Positions 47,654 through 57,500 of a stretch of DNA of 64,000 nt are shown one piece after another. The notes below the pieces were generated by a model. It had not been told where the DNA came from. It was given only the letters and a program-made list of their open reading frames with translations, and searched no databases. The position numbers and the translations under genes are program-made. Origin of the DNA: an uncultured Bacteroidota bacterium (GTDB lineage Bacteria > Bacteroidota > Bacteroidia > Bacteroidales > M50B96); the NCBI GenBank assembly GCA_937954085.1, contig CALGAK010000025.1, positions 9,317 to 73,316 on the forward strand. The letters are read 5' to 3'. Numbering within the stretch: position 1 is the stretch's first letter; the number at the start of each line of letters is the position of its first letter.

Positions 47654-47750
47654 GGGTAAGCTACTTATATCGCACCGCTACAACCGCTTGCCCTTGCTTC
47701 CTTCCGGATCTGGGGGGGTTCAGCAGGAGCTGGTCGTATAAGACTTACCC
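47654..47750 (-). ncRNA. ffs: Small (4.5S-type) signal recognition particle RNA
   Basis: The minus strand reads GGGUAAGUCUUAUACGACCAGCUCCUGCUGAACCCCCCCAGAUCCGGAAGGAAGCAAGGGCAAGCGGUUGUAGCGGUGCGAUAUAAGUAGCUUACCC followed by U7. It contains the near-invariant domain IV sequence UCCGGAAGGAAGCA with the GGAA tetraloop. The 5' GGGUAAG pairs with the 3' CUUACCC. Confidence 0.85.
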
Positions 47751-47832
47751 AGCTGCAAAAGTACAAAAAGAATTGAATCGAAGCCAAAATTAGGCATTTT
47801 TATTCCCTGCATTAAATCTATATTTGCACTTT

Positions 47833-48396
47833 ATGCCTATAACTATGCACACACGATCAGGTTTCTTTTTGAAAGCTACCATGACCTGGGGAGCCTATCT
47901 GGGCTTTGCTATGGTTGCTTTTCATTTTCTAACTTACTTATTCAAAACGAGTCCCGACTCCACTATCCATTTACTCTCCTATGTCATCACGATTGGTTTC
48001 ATCGTATACGGACAGAAGTATTGGCGTGCTCAATTGGGAGGCTTTATTTCATATGGTGAAGCCCTTAAAGTAGGGATTGTAATCAGTCTTTTTGCCGGAA
48101 TTATTTACGGTTTTTATCAATACATTCTCACCGGGCTAATTGATCCGGAGTTGATTGAAAGACAACTTCGAAACACCGAAGAAGTTTATTTACAGTTAGG
48201 TTACAGCGAAGAAGAGGTCGAAACCATGATGGCTCTCTCGGCTAGGATGAATACCCCGATTGGCATAAGTTTTTCGGTAGCCTTTGGCTATACCATTGGC
48301 GGTTTAATTTTTTCTTTGATTACATCGATATTTACCCGGCGGATCGACGATAGCTTCGACGCCCAAACCAAAACTATTTCAGACGATTATGCATAA
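47833..48396 (+). CDS. DUF4199-like membrane protein
   Basis: Four hydrophobic helices, small size, and a position immediately upstream of a GT2 gene, as commonly seen in Bacteroidota. The start is uncertain (TTG 47824, ATG 47833 or ATG 47845). Confidence 0.6.
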   Translation: MPITMHTRSGFFLKATMTWGAYLGFAMVAFHFLTYLFKTSPDSTIHLLSYVITIGFIVYGQKYWRAQLGGFISYGEALKVGIVISLFAGIIYGFYQYILTGLIDPELIERQLRNTEEVYLQLGYSEEEVETMMALSARMNTPIGISFSVAFGYTIGGLIFSLITSIFTRRIDDSFDAQTKTISDDYA

Positions 48397-49654
48397 GAAT
48401 CCCGATATTTCGATTATCATTCCTTTTTTTAATGAGGTTGAGTCGCTTCCCGAATTATACGATTGGCTCAAACGCGTTTTAAAAGAGAACCAACTTCGTT
48501 ACGAATTACTTTTCATCGACGATGGCAGTAGCGACCAGTCGTGGAAAGTGATTGAAAACCTCGTGGCTCGAGAGCCGTTCGTAAGAGGAATCAAATTCCG
48601 ACGAAATCATGGTAAGTCCGCTGCGTTGCACGTTGGATTCCAAGAAGCACGAGGCAATGTGGTAATAACCATGGATGCTGATCTACAAGACAGTCCCGAT
48701 GAAATTCCAGCTTTGTATCGAATGATTGTTGGTGAGAACTACGATTTAGTCTCCGGTTGGAAAAAGAAACGCTACGATCCATTAGGGAAAACACTTCCCA
48801 GTAAATTTTTCAACTATACCGCACGCGTCGTTTCAGGCATAAAGCTTCACGATTTTAATTGTGGACTTAAAGCTTACAAGAATGATGTTGTGAAAAGCAT
48901 TGAGATTTATGGCGAGATGCATCGTTACATTCCTATCATTGCTCAATCGGCTGGATTTCGAAAAATTGCAGAAAAGGTAGTGGAGCATCATCCCCGAAAA
49001 TATGGCGAATCCAAATTTGGTATCGAACGGATGATTAAAGGTTTTTTGGATTTATTGAGTTTGAAGTTTATTACAAAATTCAGCAAACGTCCGATGCACC
49101 TTTTTGGTTCTCTGGGAACATTGATGTTTGTAACGGGAGGATTTCTTACCGTTTATGTGATTGCCGACAAGCTGTACAAGCAATACCAGGATTTACCTTT
49201 GCGTTCGGTAACAGATCAACCGTTGTTCTTCTTGGCCTTATTATTTGTAGTGCTTGGCGTACAACTTTTCCTGGCTGGATTTTTAGGAGAATTGATTAGT
49301 CGAAATTCCGGAACCAGGAATGAATATTCTGTACAAGGCAAAATTGAGAGTTCTTCGCGTTTAACACCCAACGACACCCGTTTTCAAAGCAATCGGAGTG
49401 CGAATAACCGCAACGAGAGACCACGCAAGGAGTATTCGCCCAATCCAAAACCCACCCAAGAAAAACCTGATAACCAAAAGATTAACCCAAGTAACACCTC
49501 CACTACTCCACCCTCTCCAACGAAAGAGGAGACTCTCAAGAGTCCGAATCCAAAAACGGAGGGCGATGCAGAAAAAAGTCCACGAAAGAATCCACGACGA
49601 TATCCTAAAAAACGTCCACGGCCAGAAAATCCCGGTGGTGAAACGAATAGTTAA
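48389..49654 (+). CDS. Family-2 glycosyltransferase (polyprenyl-phosphate sugar synthase / ArnC-like) with a long disordered C-terminal tail
   Basis: ISIIIPFFNE…, the DDGSSD and DADLQD (DxD) motifs, and two C-terminal TM helices. A ~100-aa Pro/Lys/Asn/Ser/Thr-rich tail follows (49346-49651). Confidence 0.85.
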   Translation: MHKNPDISIIIPFFNEVESLPELYDWLKRVLKENQLRYELLFIDDGSSDQSWKVIENLVAREPFVRGIKFRRNHGKSAALHVGFQEARGNVVITMDADLQDSPDEIPALYRMIVGENYDLVSGWKKKRYDPLGKTLPSKFFNYTARVVSGIKLHDFNCGLKAYKNDVVKSIEIYGEMHRYIPIIAQSAGFRKIAEKVVEHHPRKYGESKFGIERMIKGFLDLLSLKFITKFSKRPMHLFGSLGTLMFVTGGFLTVYVIADKLYKQYQDLPLRSVTDQPLFFLALLFVVLGVQLFLAGFLGELISRNSGTRNEYSVQGKIESSSRLTPNDTRFQSNRSANNRNERPRKEYSPNPKPTQEKPDNQKINPSNTSTTPPSPTKEETLKSPNPKTEGDAEKSPRKNPRRYPKKRPRPENPGGETNS

Positions 49655-49666
49655 TCTCTTTAGTTA

Positions 49667-50272
49667 ATGGTGAATTTTCTGAGTAATCTCGACCGTTTGC
49701 TGTTTCTGGCGATAAATGGTTGGAATCACCCCATATTTGATACCTTCTTTTATTTTGTTTCCGAGACCACGAGTTGGATTCCTCTGTATTTGTTGCTACT
49801 GTATTTTTTTCAGCGGCGCTATGGTTGGCGCGGCTTTGGATTTGGGCTGCTCTTCATCGTTTTATTAATAAGCCTGGCCGATTCAGGTTCCGTTCATTTA
49901 TTTAAAAACGTATTTGAGCGCTTACGACCCTGCCATCAGCCCGATTTGGAAGGGATGGTTCATTTGGTTCGTGGTCACTGTGGAGGGAAATATGGATTTA
50001 TCTCATCGCATGCGGCCAATACGATGGCCATCGCGCTATTTTTCGGTCTAGCTCTTCGCAAAACCTGGATTTGGATTGCCTTATTCACTTACGCTTTTTT
50101 AACCGGATATTCTAGAATCTATCTAGGGGTTCATTATCCATTCGATGTCTTAGGTGGTTTCATGTATGGAGGCATTGCAGGAGCGTGGGTTTATTTGCTC
50201 TTCCATTGGCTTATTCGAAAAATACCTTTCATTAAGCCTCCTCTTTCATTCGAATCAAATTCAAGTACATGA
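49667..50272 (+). CDS. PAP2-family phosphatase (undecaprenyl-diphosphate / lipid phosphatase-like)
   Basis: PAP2 motifs …KNVFERLRP…, …SSHAANT… and …SRIYLGVHYPFDVLGG. Six TM segments. Confidence 0.85.
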   Translation: MVNFLSNLDRLLFLAINGWNHPIFDTFFYFVSETTSWIPLYLLLLYFFQRRYGWRGFGFGLLFIVLLISLADSGSVHLFKNVFERLRPCHQPDLEGMVHLVRGHCGGKYGFISSHAANTMAIALFFGLALRKTWIWIALFTYAFLTGYSRIYLGVHYPFDVLGGFMYGGIAGAWVYLLFHWLIRKIPFIKPPLSFESNSST

Positions 50273-51705
50273 AGAAAGATCTGAATTCATACGATTATGC
50301 TTTCCTCGTATCGATGTTGGGATTCATTTTATTTAAAGCGAGTCATTTAAACATTCCTTTTTTCTGGGATGAATCCTGGGTATATGGACCAGCTATTCAG
50401 ATTATGGCCGACGATGGACCGGGTTTATTACCATCGGCAATGCATGAATGGATATCGCGCGGCCATCCTTTATTATTTCATTTTTTAGGCGGAAGCTGGA
50501 TCACTATTTTTGGCAAATCGCTTATTTCCATTCACTTATTTCCCTTAACTTTTAGCATAGCCTTTTTAACCGGTATTTACTTGTATGGAAGGAATCGATA
50601 TGCTCCTAGTATTGGGTTTACAGCCTTTCTGTTCATACTGATTCAGCCGGCCTTTTTAGCCCAATCGGCCATGGTACTTCCCGAAGTTATGCTTGCCTTA
50701 TGGGTTTTTGCTAGTGTTGCGTCATACCTGTCGCAGAAAAAAAGCGCTTATGTAGTATTCGCTACGTTCGCGTTGTACACCAAGGAGAGTGCTTTGGTTT
50801 TTGTTCTCGGAATCATCCTTTGGGAATTTCTGCAAATCCTGATGATTAGCACTAGAAGAAGTAACTTCTTTTCAGAAATTGGCCGTTCACTTTATCTTCT
50901 GCTTCCGTTGGTGCTGATAGCTTTATTTTTTGTGGTGCAGTATTTCCAGAAAGGCTGGTTCTTTTATCCTGAACATACGGGAATGATCGATCTTTCGAGT
51001 TATCAGGTTAAACATAAACTTGGGATTTATTTCGAATACCTCTTTTTTAAGAATGGGAACCTGGTCATCAGCCTATTGCTAGTTATTAGCCTTGGATACA
51101 TAGCTGTTAGGAAGAGAAGCTTTTATCAAAAGCATGGTAAGGAATTGCTCTTTTTGTTCTATTTGATTGTGGCCTTTTCCATTTTCAGCGCGATCAATTT
51201 CTTTACGTCAAGGTATTTGATGAGTGTTTTTCCATTCTTCACCCTCATGGTTGCCCTTAGTTTGCACGGGATAAAGCCACAACGATGGATGCAGTATAGC
51301 TCGTACGCAATCATAGTTGCTATTTCCTTAAGCTTCAGCCTTTTGCCTTCAAAATCGCACCAAGGCGATACGAACATGGGCTATTTGGATGGCATCAAGG
51401 TTCATCAGGCTGCTATTGATTATTTGGTTGAAAACGACTTTCAAGACCGAAAAATTTACACTCATTTTTTGATGATCAATCAGCTTAAAAACTATCGATG
51501 TCGTTACTTAGAGAAAGATGAAGTATTTCCGGAAGTTCATAATAATTTATCGGAATCGATTGATTTGATTGTTTATAGCAGTTTTGAGCGCGAATTTGAC
51601 ATTCAACAAATTCAGGAGGAGCATCCTTTCGAGCGAATCTTTCGATACGAGCATGGAAAGGCCTTTACTGAGATTTACGAACGAGTTGAATCAAGCTCGA
51701 AATAA
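50269..51705 (+). CDS. GT-C-fold glycosyltransferase (family 39 / ArnT-PMT-like)
   Basis: 478 aa and polytopic. The first-loop acidic motif is FFWDESWVY. Overall ArnT-like topology with a soluble C-terminal domain. It overlaps the PAP2 stop by 4 nt. Confidence 0.65.
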   Translation: MKKDLNSYDYAFLVSMLGFILFKASHLNIPFFWDESWVYGPAIQIMADDGPGLLPSAMHEWISRGHPLLFHFLGGSWITIFGKSLISIHLFPLTFSIAFLTGIYLYGRNRYAPSIGFTAFLFILIQPAFLAQSAMVLPEVMLALWVFASVASYLSQKKSAYVVFATFALYTKESALVFVLGIILWEFLQILMISTRRSNFFSEIGRSLYLLLPLVLIALFFVVQYFQKGWFFYPEHTGMIDLSSYQVKHKLGIYFEYLFFKNGNLVISLLLVISLGYIAVRKRSFYQKHGKELLFLFYLIVAFSIFSAINFFTSRYLMSVFPFFTLMVALSLHGIKPQRWMQYSSYAIIVAISLSFSLLPSKSHQGDTNMGYLDGIKVHQAAIDYLVENDFQDRKIYTHFLMINQLKNYRCRYLEKDEVFPEVHNNLSESIDLIVYSSFEREFDIQQIQEEHPFERIFRYEHGKAFTEIYERVESSSK

Positions 51706-51820
51706 TCAGAACTAGGTATTGCAGGAAAAAACCCTAAAGTATAGATTTGTGAGCAATTTAGACTACGTCTAAATAAACACATAAAGCACAAAACTTAGCA
51801 TATATTTTAGGAGTACTAGC

Positions 51821-54316
51821 ATGAATTTAGGCGGATTGGAGGTTGGAGATAAGGCAGTTATTGTAAAGGTAAGGGGACATGGTGCTTTCCGAAAGCGCAT
51901 TACCGAGATGGGTTTTGTAAAGGGGAAAGAGGTGGAGGTAATCAAGAAAGCACCTTTACAGGATCCCGTTGAATACAAGCTTTTGGACTATCACGTTTCC
52001 TTACGTCGTGCGGAAGCTTCGATGATAGAGGTGGTTACTCTGGAGGAAGCCAAGTCGTTAAATTTAGCTCGTCATTATCAAGGAACGATTAATGGACACT
52101 ATCTAAAACTGTCGGCACACGAGAAGCGAAAGACCATTTCGATTGCTTTGGTTGGGAATCCAAATTGCGGAAAAACTACTTTATTCAACGTCGCATCGGG
52201 AGGGAATGAGCACGTAGGCAATTACAGTGGTGTGACGGTTGACATGAAGCGCTCCACTTTCAAGTATAAATCCTACCAGTTCCACATTACCGATTTACCA
52301 GGCACTTATTCATTGAGCACCTACACCCCTGAGGAGCGCTATGTTCGGAATTTCTTATTGAATGAGTTACCCGACATTGTAGTCAATGTGGTTGACAGCA
52401 GTAATTTAGAGAGAAATTTATACCTCACTTCTCAGCTCATCGACATGGATATTCAGATGGTTTGTGCCTTGAATATGTACGATGAGCTTGAGACTACAGG
52501 AGGAGTGCTCGACTACGCGGGCTTGGGTGGGATGTTAGGAATTCCCTTTGTACCCACTGTTGGAAACAAAGGAAAAGGAATTGACGACCTGTTCGATGCG
52601 ATTATCAAGGTATATGAATCGCAGGAACCAAGAACGCGTCATATCCATATTAATTATGGAGAAACCATTGAATCCGGAATTAAGGAATTACAAGAAGTTA
52701 TACGCAAGGAGCCGGAGTTATACACCCGATACAGTCCTCGTTATTTAAGTTTAAAATTGTTGGAGAACGACTTAGAGGTAGTCGATCTATTCCAACCCAA
52801 TGATCCAATTTTAAATAAAGCTCGAACTTATCAGCAAAAAATCGAATCGGAATACAAGGATGATCCAGAGACGATTATCACCGATGCGAGGTATGGCTTT
52901 GTTGCTGGAGCGTTGAGTGAGACCTTTAATAAAGGCATCAAGCGCAGGCGCAAAACCACCGAGATCATCGATAAATATGTGACTCAGAAATACTTGGGTT
53001 ATCCCATTTTTCTGGCCATTATGTTTATCATGTTTTATTCCACCTTTACCTTGGGCGACTATCCCATTGGATGGATTGAACAAGCTGTTTCGTGGATAAG
53101 TATTCAGGCTGAGCGATGGATTGCTCCGGGTATTTTCAAAGACTTGCTCATCGACGGCATCATAGCGGGCGTGGGAGGTGTTATTGTCTTTCTGCCGAAT
53201 ATTCTCATTCTCTTTCTGTTCATTTCGTTCATGGAAGGCACCGGTTACATGGCCCGTGCAGCATTTATCATGGATAAGTTGATGCATCGAATCGGACTAC
53301 ATGGCAAGTCCTTTATTCCTTTGGTGATGGGATTTGGATGCAATGTACCCGCCATTATGGCTACCCGTACCATCGAAAACAGGAACGACCGCTTACTTAC
53401 CATGCTCATTAATCCCTTTATGTCGTGCAGCGCGCGCTTGCCCGTTTATATTTTGATTATTGGAGCCTTTTTCCCCAGCAATCCCGGCAGTATGCTTTTT
53501 CTGATGTATTTATCGGGGATACTGATTGCCATGGGGATTGCCCGATTGTTTAAAAAATCGTTTTTCAAGCGAGAGGAAGCTCCCTTCGTCATGGAGCTCC
53601 CACCCTATCGGATGCCCACGTTCAAAGCCACCATTCGCCAGATGTGGGATAAAACAGCTCAGTATTTAAAAAAGATGGGAGGAATTATCCTGGTAGCCTC
53701 AATCATTATTTGGGCGCTAGGTTATTTCCCCCAAGAAGTTGATTACACTCGCGATTACGATATTGAAATTAGCCTCTTGGAAGAAGAACTCGACATAGCA
53801 GTATCGGCGGGGCAAGAAGGAGAAACCACGGAAGATTTGTCGTCGGCAATTTTCCACCTAGAAGGATTAAAGAAAGCTGAACATCAGGAGCGAAGCTATA
53901 TTGGCCAAATCGGGCATTTCATTGAGCCGGTAATGCGTCCTTTAGGCTTTGATTGGAAGATGAGTGTTAGCTTATTAGCAGGTATCGCCGCTAAAGAAAT
54001 AGTAATCAGCACCATGGCTGTATTGTATTTGAACGAGGACCTCGACATAGACGAAGCCACCTTACCTTTGCAGCAAAAACTTCGTTCGGAACGCTATGTA
54101 TCCGGTGAGCATGCCGGGGAATTAGTTTATAATCCGGTGGTGGCCCTTGGATTTCTCTTTTTCATCCTGATCTATTTCCCCTGTGTTGCCGTAATTGCAG
54201 CCATTCGCAAAGAGTCGGGCAGTGCAAAATGGGCGCTCTTCACCATTTTCTACACCACTGCCCTCGCCTATTTATTTGCCTTGGTGATTTATCAGGTTGG
54301 CTCCAACTTTTTTTAG
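51821..54316 (+). CDS. feoB: Ferrous iron transporter, FeoA-FeoB fusion
   Basis: The N-terminal FeoA SH3-like domain (…GDKAVIVKV…GAFRKRITEMGFVKGKEVEV…) is fused to the FeoB G-domain (ALVGNPNCGKTTLFN, DLPGTYS) and the polytopic permease domain. 831 aa. Confidence 0.95.
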   Translation: MNLGGLEVGDKAVIVKVRGHGAFRKRITEMGFVKGKEVEVIKKAPLQDPVEYKLLDYHVSLRRAEASMIEVVTLEEAKSLNLARHYQGTINGHYLKLSAHEKRKTISIALVGNPNCGKTTLFNVASGGNEHVGNYSGVTVDMKRSTFKYKSYQFHITDLPGTYSLSTYTPEERYVRNFLLNELPDIVVNVVDSSNLERNLYLTSQLIDMDIQMVCALNMYDELETTGGVLDYAGLGGMLGIPFVPTVGNKGKGIDDLFDAIIKVYESQEPRTRHIHINYGETIESGIKELQEVIRKEPELYTRYSPRYLSLKLLENDLEVVDLFQPNDPILNKARTYQQKIESEYKDDPETIITDARYGFVAGALSETFNKGIKRRRKTTEIIDKYVTQKYLGYPIFLAIMFIMFYSTFTLGDYPIGWIEQAVSWISIQAERWIAPGIFKDLLIDGIIAGVGGVIVFLPNILILFLFISFMEGTGYMARAAFIMDKLMHRIGLHGKSFIPLVMGFGCNVPAIMATRTIENRNDRLLTMLINPFMSCSARLPVYILIIGAFFPSNPGSMLFLMYLSGILIAMGIARLFKKSFFKREEAPFVMELPPYRMPTFKATIRQMWDKTAQYLKKMGGIILVASIIIWALGYFPQEVDYTRDYDIEISLLEEELDIAVSAGQEGETTEDLSSAIFHLEGLKKAEHQERSYIGQIGHFIEPVMRPLGFDWKMSVSLLAGIAAKEIVISTMAVLYLNEDLDIDEATLPLQQKLRSERYVSGEHAGELVYNPVVALGFLFFILIYFPCVAVIAAIRKESGSAKWALFTIFYTTALAYLFALVIYQVGSNFF

Positions 54317-54406
54317 GAAGATTTTACAAAGGCCCAGTCTTTTAACTTCAGCCTCAATAAGAATCCTACCATTGAGGAATTAATCGAAGGTTTAAGCTAT
54401 TAATTT

Positions 54407-54438
54407 AAAAAGCCCGTCTGAAGGTAGACGGGCTTTTT
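54407..54438. terminator. Bidirectional rho-independent terminator between feoB and the BNR-repeat gene
   Basis: AAAAAGCCCGTCT-GAAGG-TAGACGGGCTTTTT, with A and T runs on both sides, between convergent genes. Confidence 0.7.
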
Positions 54439-54527
54439 AAAATATCAATATGAGATAAAGCTAAATACTGACTAGGTAGATAATCCGGCCATACCGTGCC
54501 ACTAAATCTGGTGAAAGGGTGCCACTT

Positions 54528-57500
54528 TTAATTTGCGGGATAGGTAAAGGATTGGCTCGAATTCATTAGAATCTGATATCCTTCGCCCGGATTCATTAAT
54601 CCGATGGTATTAACCTGGAAGGTTGGCCAATAGGATTGTCCGGCAGAGTTTTTAACAATAGCAATCTGGCTTACAATCGGGTCAAGTGCTTGCTGAATAC
54701 TGAATGACGATTGCCGCAAATAACCCAGCAGGCTCCAACCAGAAGGAATTGTAAGGATGGTTTCCTCCGGAACAAGGGGTGTCCCATCGATCGTAAGAGT
54801 TTGGGCAGAGTTCAGTTTAATTTGATAAGCCTGACCAACGACCCAATTGCCAATCGTATTGACTCCCCATTGTGGCCAATACATGTCGCCCAAGTAATTT
54901 TTAATCAAGGCAAGGTTGCTTCCCAGGGGTTGACAAGCAAGGGCGATGGAAGGTTCGGAAGGGATTAGGTAGGTTGAAAAATAATACCAAGTGGAAGGAA
55001 TATTGATCGCCTGTTGCTGGACTGTGGGTAGAATAGTGATGCCATAATCTTCCACTTCACCATAATTTTCGGCGCCGCAGGGGGCACCCTGAATGGAGCT
55101 ACTGCCATCGTCCCAAAGTCTAACTCTCATGCGTGTATTTCCGAGGTCGGCATCTGCAGGAATGGTAATAGTTCCCGTAAAAGGTCCTACTCCTTGAGCC
55201 GATTCAAATGCCAATTCATTCGCGCCCGAGAAAACGCCATCGCGATACCAATCGATCCAAATTCTTACCTTATCGGAAGAATAAGCATTACCGATTGTTA
55301 CGGAGAAATTATAAGTGGAACCCGGATAGACTTCAGCGATGTGGTTAGCCGTGAAATTGGCATAGAATCCCGGTTCTTCGCCTGTTGGACCATTATTGAT
55401 GGTATGAAAACTGAAAAAGTTGATGTATTCCCAGCTTCCGGAAGTACCACCCGATGCATCGCAGTAGTTCCATTGGATTTCGCGATTTCCAGCGGGGGCA
55501 ATGGAATCGGGGGTATATAGACTATCCACCAGCAAAGAAAGAAGTTCTGCATCGAGGAAGTTACCAACGGTAGCATTAGGATTCAGATCGTAGGTTAGCC
55601 AAAAGAAATTAGGTCCGTCGTTTAAAACCTGAGAGGCATTAATTTGGAAGCTCCCTTGTGGATTCGATACCGAAGTACCCACTTGCACTGCGTTAGCCAT
55701 TGAATTGATTGATCCGGAATATAAAAGTTTCGCCGCTTGAATATCTTGTGAAGGAGCTGAAGACCCGTTTGTTGAAAAACTAAATAGACCGGCAGTTAAT
55801 GGGTTCAGATTTCCTTGCATATCCACCTGAATTTGAAGGATTTCCTGACCCAGCGAACCTGGATTAACTGGTTCAACTTGCATTTGCGAGTTTTGCAAAG
55901 AAGCAAATTCCATATCCTGTTCGTAAAAATACACGTTGGTTTCCCAGAGTCCACGCCCGTAGGTGGCCGCTCTTAATTTACTGAGCGAAGGTGCGGCCGC
56001 ATAATAGATTTCAAGCTCTCCGATTTTTACATTAGGCAAACCAGTATTGAAGAACACCCAATTTTGTCCCCCTTTTTTAAAGTAAACGCCTACTTCGGTT
56101 CCTGCATACAAATGAACTTCGGTCGTAACTTGTTTATTTTGGATAACCGACCAGACAGGAATCATTGGTAAACCAGTCGATATGTTCGTCCAACTGCTAC
56201 CTCCGTTCACCGATTCATAAACTCCGGCAACGGAATAACCAGACAGCCCCACCCAAAGTGTATTCGGGTCGTCGGCTTTCACTGCAATGGAGCGAATATA
56301 TCCGCTCGAAGCTGGCAAAGTTCCGGTAATGTTGGTCCAACTGCCTCCATCGTTGGTCGTTTTCCAAATATTCGTGTCGTCGGCAACATAAATAGTTGTA
56401 GGGCTCGAGGGAGCAATAGCCATTGACCTGAGTTTGTTGGAGGTATTCATGGTTGAAATTTTTATCCAGCTATCTCCACGATTCGTCGTTTTCCACACAT
56501 CGGCATAGCCAGCATAAAGAATTTGCGGATTGGTAGGATGAATGATATACGGAGTTACCCAAGCACCCGGATAACCATTTGGTTCGATATCGGTAGCTGA
56601 AACCCAGTGATTAGTTGTTCGGGAGATTTGACCATTAACGTAAGTTCCGTATTGAATATTAACATTTGAATAATCGATGATGCATTCCATTCCATCTCCC
56701 CCTTTTACATCGGACCAAGAGTTGCTTTCGCACAATTTGGTTCCATTGTCTTGCAAACCGGTAATGGTTTCATCTGCTACCGACTGCGCTATACCTAACT
56801 TATACATTTGGCTAATTTGCATTCCGTTAGTTTTGTCGGTCCAGGATGTTCCGTTATTGGTACTCAAATAGATACCGCCGTCGTTACATTCGAACAAATC
56901 GCCATTGGAACGATAAGCCAGGAAGTGTTTATCGGCATGCACGGCCGGCACTCCATCGCCCCACCAATGGTTGACAATGCTCCAGGTGGATCCGCCATTA
57001 GTTGAGCGCCAAGTATTTACTCCACCAATGAGGACTGTATTTGCGTTGGTTGGAGAGGCGGCAATTGCCAGGTCGTACCAACCTTGCCCGGAGCTACCTC
57101 CTCCGTTGGAATCCCAACCTAGTAGGTTGTTTCCACTTTGCGATCCATCGAATACCAGGGTAAACGATTGGCCCGCATTGGTCGATTTATAAATGCCATG
57201 CAATCCACTTGAACCATTTTCCGAAATGGCATATACAACTGTATTTTGTGCAGGAGAGACTGCCAGTTCAGTACGGTAGGCATCGGATGCTCCATGGACT
57301 TGCGACCAGGAAGCTCCTCCGTTTGAGGAACGATATATTTGCCCGCTGGTATTTGAACCAAGCAGAACATTCCAGTTTCCCGGTTGATATTCCAGATCGA
57401 CAAATTGTGTGGTAGTTAGGAGTGTTGACCAGGTTGTTCCGCCATTGGTTGTTTTAAAAACCCCATCGGACGTTGCAGCAAGTAATTCGTTTACATTATT

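Noticed and set aside
49398-49667. An 89-aa, highly basic alternative-frame ORF overlapping the GT2 C-terminal tail. I considered it as a sign of a frameshift or a separate small gene.
   Set aside because: The GT2 frame continues without interruption to a stop 12 nt before the next gene. The alternative frame has no independent support. A sequencing frameshift cannot be excluded without reads, and this is noted in the GT2 finding.
52811-53287. A 158-aa ORF antisense to feoB.
   Set aside because: It lies entirely within the well-supported FeoB permease region. It is a shadow ORF.
54317-54400. An open in-frame extension (27 codons) after the feoB TAG stop, considered as a read-through product or a small FeoB-associated peptide.
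   Set aside because: It has no start codon of its own, no Cys-rich or hydrophobic character, and nothing supports read-through.
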